64,000 nucleotides of DNA. Origin: Octopus vulgaris (Eukaryota). A program made the position numbers and the translations under genes. Each line of letters opens with the position of its first letter. Positions within the stretch are counted from its first letter, which is position 1. The DNA lies in assembly GCA_951406725.2 (NCBI GenBank), contig OX597826.1:68324001-68388000 (forward strand). The letters run 5' to 3'. Shown here piece after piece: positions 1 to 12,899 of the stretch. The notes below the pieces were generated by a model. That model had not been told where the DNA came from, ran no database searches, and was given only the letters and a program-made list of their open reading frames with translations.

Positions 1-109
1 CGTTTCCTGCTATTTCTGGCACAGTGTGTGAAATTGTAGTGATCCCTAATTTATTCGTCTTGTTCGTATTGTTGCTATTTGTGCCGAGAGAGGAGGGTTT
101 TATTTCTTT

Positions 110-310
110 CTTGTTTACAACCTAGTTAAACTTTACCTCTTATACTTCTTATCAAAGGTAATCCTATCTGTTGTTGTTTTCCAAATAGTATTTACACGTC
201 CCATTGTCCGATGTGCGCTTTCTAATTTCAATCATTGGTATAAGATTCAGTTGACCAAAATGTTTGGATTGCTTAAAGTGCTACACACTTCGTCATTGTA
301 ATATCCTCTT
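110..310 (-). pseudogene. Highly decayed RTE-like LINE reverse-transcriptase fragment
   Basis: Minus strand gives broken peptide pieces 'EIRKR' and 'TMGRVNTIWK', resembling the RTE-clade post-RT motif EIxxRI...AxGxLxxIWK; stops and frameshifts present. Confidence 0.35.
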
Positions 311-427
311 TAGATAAAACGACAAAACAAAATACGACAGAAGATAGACTATTGTGTAAAGGGTAAAATTCTTCCCCAGAATGCTATAGTAAGTCTCTCT
401 TTTTCTCTGAATCTTCATTAAAAAATA

Positions 428-934
428 CCGTAAATCCTCGAGTATAGTCCGCCCTTAGTATAATACGCAGGGAATTTTTAGGGGGCTGTACCTCTGAAAA
501 ACCTAAACCTTGTGTATAATAGGCACCCCTTCTCTAACTTGAGTCAAGGAGGTCTATATAACGTCATTGGTTTGTAAAAATATAGAAGGTAACGTCTTTT
601 ATTATTATTGTATATATAAAATAATGTAAACGTGTAGACTTTTTGTGCATTTTGTTTGCAGAAAATGAAGAAATAACAGTAATAACGTTTAATAAATGGT
701 TTAATGGTTTAATAAATGGTTCTTTTATGACTTCATCGCTTTCAGACTTAGCTTAAGGTATTTTGCGCCCGACATCATAAAATGCGTCTGAATAAATAAT
801 GCCAGACAGCAAATAGAGACTCGGACATTGCTTAGAAAATTTTTTTTTAATTTTTAACTTCGTATATAGTATGCATTAGGAATTTTGACCTTTAAATTTT
901 GGGAAAAATGCGGATTATATTCGAGGATTTACAG
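428..934. mobile_element. Non-autonomous Tc1/mariner-superfamily (Tc2/pogo-like) MITE, copy 1
   Basis: TIRs CCGTAAATCCTCGAGTATAGTCCGC / GCGGATTATATTCGAGGATTTACAG; TA on both sides (426-427, 935-936); second copy at 30184-30680. Confidence 0.9.
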
Positions 935-1674
935 TATCTAATATATTTTCAAACATCTCTGTTAACCCTTTTCCTAAATGTCCATGCTTTTTGCCAGAAA
1001 TTTAGTCAGCCGTAGTATCGTATGCATTGAGTAATATAAACTTTCGTCTCTAAGCTTTAGCTGTTTTCTGTATTACATAGAAAACACAGAACACGCATAT
1101 ATATATATTGTTTTGGTACCTAAGCATCATAAAAGATACTCATTTTCCCAATTCATTTTCAACCAAGTTACTTTAGTGGCTTTAAAATAGTGGGGAAAGT
1201 ATGTACCTGATATGATGCTTGGTTACCAGAGAAACATGTCCTGTATATCCTATGTGATATACAAAACATGCAATGGGTTTAATCTACGACTTCCAACAGC
1301 AATTAAGTTAAAGTTCTGGATAGAATGAACTGAATACATATCAGAACAATCTGACACAAAAGTTTATACTTTGGAGAAATAATAGCTAATAATAATTAGG
1401 GTTTTCTCAAATTAAAAGTTCTATATTCAAACTATATTCTCTCTCAAGATATAATTGCTTTCGAGCAGAATAGGACACCGATGTTCCGCAAAGTTGTTTC
1501 CGCTATAACAGTCAGAATATTACAAAAGTCTGAAAGAAGATTACACCAAAGTCTTCCTGCTTCACATATAATTTCTAGATTATAAGCGTTAGTAATGTCA
1601 CTCAAATACATATCTTCATTTCCTTCTGTCACATTTTAATTTCTATCACGTTTTCTTTTACTTTTCTTTTTTTT

Positions 1675-2017
1675 CTTTTATTTGTTTCAGTCATTTTGAT
1701 TGTAGCCATGTTGGAGCACCGAATTTAGTCGAACAAATCGACCCCAGGACTTGAATATCGCTTTATCGTTCACCTTTTACTTCTGTCATGAGACGGTGAC
1801 CACGCTGGGGCACTTCCTAGTCGCACGAATTGACCCCAGTACTTATTTTGCTTTATCGTTTTAAGTCTCGTACTTATTTTATCGATCTCTTTTACCGAAC
1901 CGCTATATGGCAGAAACGTAAACAGCCTAACACCGGTTGTCAAGCGATAGTGGAGAAGACACAAAAACGCAAATGCACAGACATCTATCTATATATCTAT
2001 CTATCTACCTCTCCCCA

Positions 2018-2060
<43 letters not shown>

Positions 2061-2545
2061 CATCATCATCATCATATGACCGACCAGGCTATCATATGTT
2101 GCCACACATCGCTGGTCACAATGCTCTTCGCATTGTATTAGCCTTCAAATGACGCCACCCCACTGGCTAAGCGAGCAGGCCAACAGAAGAGTGACAGAAA
2201 GTTGTGGCGAAAGAGTACAGAAGGGATCGCCACCACCCCCTGCCGGAGCCTCATGGAGCTTTACGTGTTTTCGCTCAATAAACACTCAGAACGCCCGGTC
2301 TGGGAATCGAAACCGCGATCCTACAACCGTGAGTTCGCTGCCCTAACCATTGGGTCATTGCGCCTCCACCAATCTATATATATATGTATATAGAGGTCGT
2401 TTTTACCTCTATTTACATAATATTGAGGTTTCTTTCTTTCTTTTGTTACCTTACCGTTTTTACTAATATAGTAGAAGAGGCTGTAGTAGAGGATTCTTAC
2501 CCGAAGTGCTGCGTAGTAGAACTGATTACTGAGCCACGTGGTTAA
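1675..2545 (-). mobile_element. Decayed SINE family A copy split by nested insertions
   Basis: 3' half at 1675-1985 (tgtttcagtcatt...gccatgttggagcacc...); decayed 5' half at about 2470-2545; SINE D and a PLE-like terminus lie between them. Confidence 0.6.
2062..2369 (-). mobile_element. tRNA-derived SINE family D
   Basis: Minus-strand head GTGGAGGCGCAATGACCCAATGG...GGTTTCGATTCCC (A- and B-box-like); (GAT)n 3' end; the same 3' tail recurs at 12031-12152. Confidence 0.8.
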
Positions 2546-2725
2546 GCTAAGATTGTAGTGATGTCAAAGAAAGAATGTTAATTCCATTTTCTTGCATACG
2601 TCTAAATGAATACGCACACACACACACGCACAGATACACACAGACAGACACACACATATACAGAAGCATATATATATCTATGTATGTCTACCTATCTACG
2701 TATCTATCTACCTATCTATCTATCC

Positions 2726-2816
<91 letters not shown>

Positions 2817-3402
2817 AATGCGTGTATATACGTGTGTGTGTATTTGTGTGTGTACAGTATGTATCTTATGTGTGTGCGCGTATTAGTTTGAGGAAATGCA
2901 GAGAGAGGCAGAGATCGGGCGATGCGACGAAGGAAGAAGGAAATATAACACCAGGACTGAAAGAGACATTATGTGTTAGATTACTAATGATAAATGCAGT
3001 AAAGGCTCTGGTTTTGTTATTCACTCTTTCAAATAGAATAAGAACAATAACTGTGTTATACTTATTATATAGTTCTTAATATGTACTTTTTGGAAGAATA
3101 TTTTATGCATATTTTGTAGTGAAAGCAACGAAAAGAATATCATAGGGGTAAGCTTAATACGTATCAAAAGATGTATTCGAATTTGTAGTTCAGAACAAGG
3201 GCTAGGATAACGAGATGCAGTTGGTTCCGTATTGAACCAGCTACCAATTGGAGTTCTGTTTAGTTTGGCAAGTAAGTTTCTGCATCAGGTGGATAATATA
3301 TTTTCATCTTTTACTTGTTTACAGTTATTGCACTGCGGCCATGCTACGGCACCACCTTCCCGGGGTTAGTCGAAGAAATCTATCGCAATATTTATTTCTT
3401 GT

Positions 3403-3981
3403 AAGGCGTTGACAGAAACGTTAGCACGCCGGGCGAAATGCGTAGCCGTATTTCGTCTGCCGTTACGTTCTGAGTTCAAATTCCGCCGAGGTCGACTTTG
3501 CCTTTCATCCTTTCTGGGTCGATAAATTAAGCACCAGTTACGTCTGGGCCCGATTTAATCGACTTAATCCGTTTGTCTGTCCTTGTTTGTCTGTCTTTGT
3601 CTGTCCTTGTTTGTCCCCTCTGTGTTTAGCCCCTTGTGGGTAGTAAAGAAACATTTTCTTTGTCTACCGCTACGTCCTGTGTTCAAAATCCACCGAGGTC
3701 GACTTTGCCTTTCATCCTTTCGGAGTCAATTAAATAAGTACCAGTTACGTTTGTGTGTCCTTGTTTGTTCCCTCTGTATGTAGCCCCTTGTGGGCAGTAA
3801 AGAAATAGGTATTTCGTCTGTTTTTACGTTCTGAGTTCAAATTCCGCCGAGGTCGACTTCGCTATTTATTCTTTCGGGGTCGATAAATTAAGTACCAGTT
3901 GTGCACTGGGGTCGATCTAATCGACTTAATCCCCTCCTAAAAATTTCGGGCTTTGTGCCTAGAGTAAAACAAAAAATCAAG
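3403..3981 (+). mobile_element. SINE family B trimer (head + 2 x body/tail1 + body/tail2)
   Basis: Three copies of gttcaaa..ccgaggtcgacttt..gcctttcatcctttcggggtcgataaattaagtaccag; perfect 16-bp TSD AATATTTATTTCTTGT (3387-3402, 3982-3997); inserted in an old family A remnant. Confidence 0.9.
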
Positions 3982-4440
3982 AATATTTATTTCTTGTGGG
4001 TTCTGTAATTTGTTTCATGTCGACCTGGAAACCAAACAAACAAACATCGATTATGAAACACCGGGGCTTGGGGGCAACACACGCATAACTAAACACACAC
4101 ACACACACTCACACACACATATCTATGTAATATTTGGGACTAATGAGTACATGTCAGTTAGAGTGATGATGTGTTGAGTAAAGCACCGATACAGTTTGGG
4201 CTACCTGGTGTCATCCACAGTTAGGTCATCCACAGTTAGGGTATATTTCCAATTGACGCACTTCAGGAATTCTGCAGTGTTAGTTGATATAGTAATCTAT
4301 TAAGTAAAGAGAAGATAGAATTGGTATTTTGTACGACGATCACTTTGACCCATCTGGTGACTGTCCCCTAAGGGGTGGGATGCTGTGCTTCATATTGTGT
4401 AGCATCGATCCTGCAGATTCCGTCACATGACGTACATTCG

Positions 4441-4786
4441 TATATAAGGTGGTGACGCAGTGTACCTACATGCTGTGATTCTGAATTGGGTAGGGAACGT
4501 ATGGCCCGTAGTCCCAGCCTTGGATGAAACTTGGAACTATTGTTCAGGTGGTTTGGGCAATGCTGGCGGTATATTCTCCACATCATACAAATGATGTACC
4601 GCTCGCGGTGTGCTGTAGAGGGTAGAGTTTCAAGGCTTTCAGGCGGTCCCAGTAATCCAGATCAGTCATGCCTTCAATTCGTTTAGTGAGCGCGCTCTGA
4701 GGTGATTCAATTATCGTGATGTTTTGTTTTGTATAGGGAGACCACAAGGGGCAACAGTATTCGAGGTGTAGCCGTACAAAGGAGTA

Positions 4787-4787
<1 letters not shown>
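4441..4787 (-). pseudogene. CR1-clade LINE ORF2 C-terminal fragment
   Basis: YSFVRLHLEYCCPLWSPYTKQNITIIESPQSALTKRIEGMTDLDYWDRLKALKLYPLQ matches the CR1 motif VRPHLEYCxxVWSP...LxYxxRLxxLxLxxL; continues after a frameshift as MMWRIY...; truncated at a (TA)n tract. Confidence 0.9.
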
Positions 4788-4825
<38 letters not shown>

Positions 4826-4826
<1 letters not shown>

Positions 4827-5681
4827 GAGCAAAACGCCCCGTCCAATGGACGGTGCTGAGTTGTCAAATATTTAAACCATATTTTCTCAAAACAATTGTC
4901 CGACCGTCCCATAGGCCTCCCCTTTGAGAAACACTGATTTAACCTAAATTTGAGACACCAGCAAAAGAAGAAATAAAGATAGACTATTTTTCTATTCCAA
5001 AGAAAAACGATTTTATTCACACAAATATGCAACCGAAGAGTTTAAAGTACCAGTAATGATAAGGCTGTTGACTGGGAGAACATAAACAAACAACAAAAAA
5101 AAATGGCAGGTGCAGTTACGTACAGGTTGATGGAAGAACAGCAGGACATAGACGGCTTTATCGATCGCATTTTCACCTGGAATCGATTTTTGTAATTTTT
5201 TCAAGACTTATCAAGACTTTTTAAGACGTAGGAGTGGCTGTGTGGTAAGTAGCTTGTTTACCAACCACATGGTTCCGGGTTCAGTATATAGGTGTATCCC
5301 GTCGTATATATGTGTATATATATATATATATGCGTGTGTGTGTATGTGTGTCTGTGTTTGTCCCCTTAGCATTGCTTGACAACCGATGCTGGTGTGTTTA
5401 TGTTCCCGTTAGCTAGCGGTTCGGCAAAAGAGACCGATAGAATAAGTACTGGGCTTACAAAAGAATAAGTCCCGGGGTCCGGTTGCTCGATTAAAGGCGG
5501 TGCTCCAGCATGGCCGCAGTCAAATGACTGAAACAAGTAAAAGAGTAAAAGAGAGAGAGAGAGTTATACACGCCCTGATACCGTCGGTATCTACATATCA
5601 AATTTGAGCGCAATCGGATGGACGATGCCCGAGATCCGAGAAAACACACACAGACAGGCAGAACGAATTTTATATAAGAGA
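4826..5681 (-). mobile_element. Non-autonomous Helitron interrupted by a family A SINE
   Basis: Minus-strand 5' end A|TCTCTTATATAAAA at 5681; 3' hairpin CCGTCC-AAT-GGACGG (4839-4853) 13 bp from a CTAG-like terminus (CTCG|T on the minus strand). Confidence 0.65.
5224..5563 (+). mobile_element. SINE family A, internally deleted
   Basis: Head ggagtggctgtgtggtaag...ggttccgggttcagt, internal (TA)/(TG) tract, 3' end gactgaaacaagtaaaagagtaaaag; lacks the ccttgggcaagtg core seen in 15817-16201. Confidence 0.9.
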
Positions 5682-6494
5682 TTACAAGATCCGCACAGTT
5701 TTCTCTGTCACATCTACTCACATAGTATTGCTCTGCGTGGGACTATAGAAGGCGCAGGGGCTGCAAAGCGAGCTGTTAATCACACAGTCTTACCTGCGCC
5801 GTCGTTTTATGCATAATGTGTTTGTTTTCTGACAGGATGGGCCTATTGAAGAAATCTGAATAGCATTTTGCTATAAGGCGGATCTGCACTATTATAAACA
5901 TATAAAAAAGCTTTGATTTATTTTCTTGTTAAACAGATGACGTTTATCTTTACTTTTTCTTCATTTATTTTGATAAAAATTAAATTTTAGGTCAGGGAAA
6001 TGAAAAAGAAAAGGTGGGAAATATCTGCAAAAAAAAAAATGTCTACCTTTGTTATTGTATTTTGAAAATCCTGTTATGTTCTTTTAGATGTTTAGATCTT
6101 AGAAGACAACATGGCTACGCAAACACAGACGTATTTGAATTAATGGAAACGAATTTACATTGTTGGTATCATGCTTGCTGGTATTTAACTTTAACCCTCA
6201 TTAGCTGACAACCAAAAAGAAATACGATCAAAGACGCTCCGTGCATGACAGCTCTTCTATTTTTGTACGTTGCCATATCAATAAAGTTGGTTATTATTTC
6301 TCGCTCGCCAAGAAACCAGTAAGCAAACCCTTTCACTCCTTCTCTCTCTCTCTCTCTCTCTATCTCTCTTTCTCAGTCGTTTACCGTGATACTTTAAACT
6401 GAATTAAGAACACAAAGACGGACGACATTCCGCTAAGCATTTCGACCGGCGTCCAGACGATTTTGAAAGATTGCCGCCTTCATGTTGTGGATAT

Positions 6495-6715
6495 TAGTTG
6501 CAAATTTTGGCGTAAGGCCAACAATTTCGGGAGGCTGTGTACATCAATTACACCGAGTCCAGTGTACAGTGTGCAGCTTGTACATCTTTTATCAACCCTG
6601 AAAGGATGATAGGCAAGGTCAACCTGGCGCCATTTGAACTCAGAACGAAAATAAGGTCGAAATACCGCTAAGCATTATGTCCGGCGTGCTAAAGCATCTG
6701 CCAGCTCGCTGCCTT
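6495..6715 (-). mobile_element. SINE family B monomer (tail2), diverged
   Basis: Reverse complement of family B head and body (gaaaggatga..ggcaaggtcaacc..ccagctcgctgcctt). Confidence 0.8.
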
Positions 6716-6752
6716 TGTCAAACTTTATGTTCCTATAACTGTTAGTTTGTAC

Positions 6753-6818
<66 letters not shown>

Positions 6819-6820
6819 AC

Positions 6821-7067
6821 AACTTATAAAATAAGGGCAAAAGAAACATTCTAATGCCAAATATGCCGAAAAAAAAGACAAAATTGTCAATAACCGTTAT
6901 AATTGACAATTGACAATTTTGTATTTTTTTCGGCATATTTAGCATTAGAGTTTTTCTTTTGCCCTTATTTTATAAGTTATCTATAAATTTAACCTTTAAA
7001 GGTATTTTTTGATATACTGGCCGTTGGTAAAATCTTTTTTCGAAAAAAAATTTATCCTACATTAGTT
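6821..7067. mobile_element. Fold-back PLE-like terminal element next to (TA)n
   Basis: About 70-bp inverted arms 6821-6891 / 6909-6978 plus an unpaired extension to 7067; related unpaired copy at 19829-20050. Confidence 0.7.
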
Positions 7068-7502
7068 ATATATATTATACTTAAGGACGTAATTAAGTGT
7101 TGCACAACGGTAGATATATACATTGGTCTTTGTTCTTGTTGTTGTGGCTTTTTCATGGCTATAATTGTTTTTACTTTTTTCAACATGCGCCTGGTTCGAA
7201 GAGGTATACATTCAACGGCTTCCCCATAATGACTTCATCCAATTCCCTTTTATTCCGATCGATGCATAACTAATTCTTACTCACCTTACGCGTCCACATG
7301 CTTTTCGCAGCCAGTGAGATGTGATTATGGATATTTCGCTGCCATTTCTAACAGCTTTATTGACCAGGTACATGTTATCTTCTTGACATCTGCTAAGCTA
7401 TTATAATGGATGTCTATGGCATCGAGCTGGACGAATCGTTAGCACGCCGGGTAAAATACTTAGCGTCATTTCATCTGTCTTTGTGTTCTGAGCTCAAATT
7501 CT

Positions 7503-8095
7503 TATTTCATTATTGCCCACAAGGGGCTAAACATAGAGGGAACAAACAGGGACAGATTCTGTCGAGTACGTCGATCCCAGTGCGTAACTGGTACTTAATT
7601 TATCGACCCCGAAAGGATGAAAGGCAAAGTTGACCTCGGCGGAATATGCCGTCAGGACGTACCGGCAGACGAAATATCTATTTCTTTACTACCCACAAGG
7701 AGCTAAATATAGAGGAGACAAACAAGGACAGACAAACAGATTAAGTAGATTATATCGAACCCCAGTGCGTAACTGGTACTTAATTTATCGACCCCGAAAG
7801 GATGAAAGGCAAAGTTGACCTCGGCGGAATATGAACACAGGACGTACCGTCAGACGAAATATCTATTTCTTTACTACCCACAAGGAGTTTAACACAGAGA
7901 GGACAAACAAGGACAGACAATCGTATTAAGTTGACTACATCGATCCCAGTGCGTAACTGGTACTTAATTTATCGACCCCGAAAGGATGAAGGGCAAAGTT
8001 GACCTCGGCGGAATTTGAACTAAGAACGTAACGGCAGACGAAATACGGCTACGCCTTTCGCCCGGCATGCTAACGTTTCTGCCAGCTCGCCAGCT
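7503..8095 (-). mobile_element. SINE family B trimer (all tail1) inside an oppositely oriented older B copy
   Basis: Three tandem units of about 180 bp with one head at about 8050-8095; plus-strand host pieces at 7418-7501 and 8102-8255. Confidence 0.9.
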
Positions 8096-8979
8096 GGCCA
8101 CCTTTACGTTCTAAGTTCAAATTCTGCCGTGGTCGACTTTGCCTTTCAACTTTTCGCGCTCAATAAATTAAGTAACGTAAAAATGAGTACTGGGGCCCAA
8201 GTAATCGACCAGCAACAATCTCAAGTTTGCTGGCGTTGAGCGAAATTTTGAAACTTTTAAAGGTGTCATCCATGCTAATAGTGTTAGATATTTCACCGCC
8301 TCGCTATACCACATGGCTTACATGGTAATTTTAAGTATCAAACGACCTTTTCTGGATACATTTTATCCTTGCGTCTCTGATTTTTATGCTTTTTTTCTTT
8401 CATATAATTATTTCCCTCAAGACACAAGAGAGGTATTGAGTTGCTGCTGGTATTTCGTCTTCTCACTCTCGCATAGGCTGGAGAAGTTGTTTTACAAACG
8501 CTACACAGACATGCCTATCCACAAGCTTCCCCTCACACATGCACTCACATTTGTGTGTGTCTGTCTGTATGTGTGAGTGTGAGTGTCTGTGTATGTGTGT
8601 GTGTGTCTGTGTGCGTGTGCATATATAAACACATGTCTCCGTGTGCTTCTGTATAACTTTATGTATAAACATATATATATATATTTTTATAAGTATGTAT
8701 TTGTATATGTATGTATATATCTGTATATATATATATAAATATATATATATATATGTATATATGTTTATATTTATATATGTATATATATATATATGTAAGA
8801 ATGTATGTATGTATATATCTGTATATGTATATATACATATATATATATATGTTTATATTTACATATGTATTTATTTGTTTATGTGTATATATATGTAAGC
8901 GTTTATGTATGTGTATATCTGTATATATATATATATATGTATCTCTGTCTATCTGTCTCTCTGTCTCTCTGTCTCTCTG

Positions 8980-9051
<72 letters not shown>

Positions 9052-9614
9052 TGAATACGTAGATATGCCAATATGAATTTAAACATGCTTATAAGATCGT
9101 ACTTAAGAACTGATAAAGTTAATAAAATAATGTTTTATAGTTGTTTGTGTTTGTATGTTTGTGCATGTGTGTGTGTGGAAGCCATTCGTGTCCACACACT
9201 CATATACACAGAGACACACACATGCACCTACATGTATACATACGTGCGTGTAAATATATATATATGTGTGTGTGTGAGCGTGTGTATGCTTATATGTATA
9301 TATATATATATATATATGTATGTATATATGTATGTATATGTATGTATACATACACACATATGTATCTGTAGATTGGTAGAGAGAGAGAGAGAAAGAGTGT
9401 AAGAAAGAAGTAATGTTAGAGAGAGATAGAAAGAGAAAGAGAAACAGAGATAAGTATATGATATGCCTATATTCGCATTGAAGTGTCTTTCTCCCTGGGG
9501 TATAAGAATACTACTTATTAGTGCCTTGGGATTTCTGGGCGTACTTAATGACATATATGAGATAAATATAATCATATTTCTATTTAAATAACCACATATT
9601 TCTCTCTCTCGCTC

Positions 9615-9768
<154 letters not shown>

Positions 9769-9769
9769 T

Positions 9770-10190
9770 TCGCTTGGGTGTTGGCATCCAAGCACACTTA
9801 AGTGTTTTAAAATTGATAATGAAAGAGAACATAAAATGGATGTGATTTTAGTCTTGAAACCGCATTCACGTGAATATCTCTTCAAAACCTTTCAAAGATC
9901 TGATACGCATGCCTTATCAGATGTCCTTATCCATATTTTAACATCTGTTCCTTAAAGCTAAACTGTGAAACATGGATTTCTACCAACCCTTTTCCACAAT
10001 TCACCACACATTAAGCTAACACCTATGACAGCTTTTACTTGAATTCTTCCCGCCACCCGTTATTGTTATACTAATGGAGGATTAACGGTTAATTGATAAT
10101 GAACAACCTCCCAAGATTTTCAGTGAAGCTGGAATGGTCTGTGCCAAATAATATCCAGTGTATAAACATATTGCTTGTAATGCCGGTTGA
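9770..10190 (-). pseudogene. Decayed RTE-like LINE RT fragment
   Basis: Minus-strand peptides [25 protein letters not shown] and CAWMPTPKR resemble the RTE motif LxTKIxIY...LSILLYGCESW; heavily disrupted. Confidence 0.4.
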
Positions 10191-10227
10191 TGAGTGTCCT
10201 TAGTTTACATATTTTAGTGGTGCTTAA

Positions 10228-10525
10228 TCTTTATAGATAAAAGTGAGGTTGTGTGTCTGTCTCCTACGATTTAGATTTCTAACTACTCCCACATTTTGCG
10301 GTGCAGTTTAACCAAAAGCGGGTATCTTATAGTCGTGAAACATATCGAGCCCTTCTGGGTATTAGCGCGCATCTACGATGAGTCTACGATTTAAAAAAAT
10401 TTTACCATCAATTTTTCCCATTTTGAATGCATTTTTTGGCTATTATATAAGGGAAGTAACTCTCTAAAAATGCTTATATAGTTATTTCCCTTTCAAACCC
10501 GAGCAACGCCGGGCGATACTGCTAG
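10228..10525 (+). mobile_element. Non-autonomous Helitron
   Basis: A|TCTTTATA 5' end, 3' GC hairpin CCCGAGC-AAC-GCCGGG, terminal CTAG|T, no TSD. Confidence 0.9.
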
Positions 10526-10544
10526 TATATAATAAAAAATAAAT

Positions 10545-10768
10545 GCGCCCTTTTTAAAGCCTAGCCAGGCTCATGTGCCCGTTTTCCCGATTTCCGTGGC
10601 GTATGGGTTCCCCAGATGACGGGACGCCAGTCCATCGCAGCGTTACTCATTTATGCCAGCTGAGTGGTCTGGAGCAAAGTGTTTTGATCAAGAACACCGT
10701 CCAGGAATCGAAACCACAATTTTACGACCATGATGCTGACATCCTAACCACTAAGCCACGCGCCTCCA
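10545..10768 (-). mobile_element. tRNA/CORE-like SINE group C, tail variant 1
   Basis: tRNA-like head (minus: GGAGGCGCGTGGCTTAGTGGTTAGG...GGTTTCGATTCC); same family at 31269-31504. Confidence 0.85.
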
Positions 10769-10948
10769 GTTGTTTTAATTGTTTTGCTGAAATCAAGATT
10801 GACCAAACATGTCTAATATCAAAGCTACTCCAGTTGGGACAGTTACGAGAAAGTGTTAAATATGTGAAATTGGTATATTCTATTATGATACATATTTCGT
10901 TGTCATTTCAGCAATGTGTTTGTGGTTCATGGATGGTTGACGGCTTGT

Positions 10949-11000
10949 ATGAGGCGCTGAAGAAGGAGCAAGAATCCCTGAAATACGCATGTACATTCAT
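10949..11000 (+). ncRNA. Degenerate type I hammerhead ribozyme motif (PLE-like)
   Basis: ATGAGGCG-CTGAAGA-AGGA..TCCCT-GAAA-TACGCAT-GTA-CATTCAT; core boxes intact, stems eroded. Confidence 0.5.
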
Positions 11001-11087
11001 TAATTATTTTTTTGCCTCCGATCGCATTGTTTGCACAGATACATACATACACACGTACAAATATACACACACATACATACATACCAT

Positions 11088-11124
<37 letters not shown>

Positions 11125-11127
<3 letters not shown>

Positions 11128-11431
11128 TATTTTACTTTATTTAGTCATCTGAGCTCCACTTAAAGAATTTTAGTTGAAGAAATAGACCCCCCCAAGACTT
11201 ATTCATTTAAACCTAGTACATATTTTTTCGGTCTCTTATGCCGAACCGTTAAATTTTGGGGACGAAAATACAACAAATATATATACATACATATACAAAT
11301 ATACACACTCACACACACACACATATATATATACATACATACATACATATATATATTTATATATATATGTATATATATATATATTTACATATATACATAC
11401 ATACATATATATACCCCACAACTCCACTTTG

Positions 11432-11464
<33 letters not shown>

Positions 11465-12002
11465 AGAAAAAATAAGTTCAAAAGGAACACTTCTAAATTT
11501 TAAAGATCAAAGAGGAGAGAACAAACAATAAAAATTCATCATATTCATAAAAATCAACCAGAGCAAGTATTAAGAATATAAAAAATAACAATTTTGAATT
11601 TAACATATTTTCTCCATTATTATTACTTCTTAATTGTATCTTCATACATATAACGAATTTTTCCTTGTACCAAATGCCCCCAACAAGCCTTTGGTCAGCC
11701 TGAGATAATCGTAAAAGACGCTTACCGCAGTTTGCACTGTGAAACACGCAGTTGAGAAGCAAGCTTCTTACGACACAGCCACCCCTGCACTTACACACAC
11801 ACACACACACACATGTGTGTATGTATGTATATGTATGTATGTATCATAGTGGCTCTGTGGTAAGTAGCTTCCTTACCACTCACGTGATTCTAGGTTCAGT
11901 GCCACTGCGTTGCAACTTGGGCAAGTGTCTTCTAGTATAGCCTCAGGCCAACCAAAGCCTTCTGAGTGGATATGGTAGACGAAAACTGAAAAAAATCCCT
12001 TC
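11125..12002. mobile_element. Two decayed family A SINEs (minus, split, 11125-11790; plus 5' half 11845-12002)
   Basis: Similarity to the intact family A copies at 15817 and 47642. Confidence 0.65.
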
Positions 12003-12004
12003 CC

Positions 12005-12036
<32 letters not shown>

Positions 12037-12149
12037 CATCATCACGTGACCGACCAGTCCATCAGATGTAGTTACGCATCGCTGGTCACAATGCGCTTCG
12101 CATTGTTTTAGCCTTCGAATGACGCCACCCCGCTGGCTAAGCGAGCAGG

Positions 12150-12219
<70 letters not shown>

Positions 12220-12542
12220 GGGAAGAGAGACATTAACAAACTGATCGAAAGTGTTGTATCATTGATTTTTATCTTGATTGAAGGAACAAGAGCAGGTTTG
12301 AAATGACACGTATGAACGGTTTCTATCGTCATTCTCATGGAATGACCGGCAGGTCATATAAACTCCGTCTAAGTGAGAGGCTTTAACTTCTGGTTAACAT
12401 CACAGAAGCATAACTTCACTCATTCAGATGCAATCTGCATTAACGAATCTTGTGCTGTAATAATTATCTTTAATATTGCTTTTGTTAAATAATTTACAGA
12501 ATCTATTATCCATGGAGAAATGTTTATTACGATATGCTAATA

Positions 12543-12899
12543 TTTACCTCCAGCTTTAGCGAAGGCGGAGTTATTGTTTCAGTCGTGTTTGTTCGTGTGT
12601 TTGTTTGTCCGTGGACAAGATATCTCAAGAACCGCTGGAATGGATTCGAATGAATCTTTAAAGGATATTTGTCCTCGTGAATGATTATATTTCGGAATTG
12701 TTCCCTTAGCGGCCAAGGATTCTAGATTACTTTATCTGTTCCTATTACTTAAATTTTGAGAGCGGTCAGGTTTAGTTTTAGTATTCTCGTTAGTGAGATC
12801 AGTCGAGTTTAAGTCAGATATTCTCATTTTAAAAATAATCTCAGACTAATCGTTGGTGTCACCTAGACGGAGGTTTGCGCTCTCTGAGCGCACTTGTTT
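12543..12899 (+). mobile_element. Helentron-associated (HINE/DINE-1-like) non-autonomous element
   Basis: Subterminal inverted motif ACCTCC...GGAGGT, internal GTTT/GTCC-type simple repeat, 3' stem-loop TGCGCTC-TCT-GAGCGCA (12876-12892), T-rich ends. Confidence 0.7.

Noticed and set aside
1111-1230. Imperfect inverted repeat of about 40 bp
   Set aside because: Too degraded to classify; probably an old MITE, with no TSD visible.
4126-4436. Solo LTR (TGTA...TACA)
   Set aside because: No TSD and no second copy; it contains only a 15-bp tandem duplication (gtcatccacagttag x2).
10912-10990. Exon QCVCGSWMVDGLYEALKKEQESLKYA (or a lipase-like VFVVHGW in another frame)
   Set aside because: The donor is weak, the alternative frame hits a stop, and the segment overlaps a hammerhead-like motif better explained as a PLE remnant.
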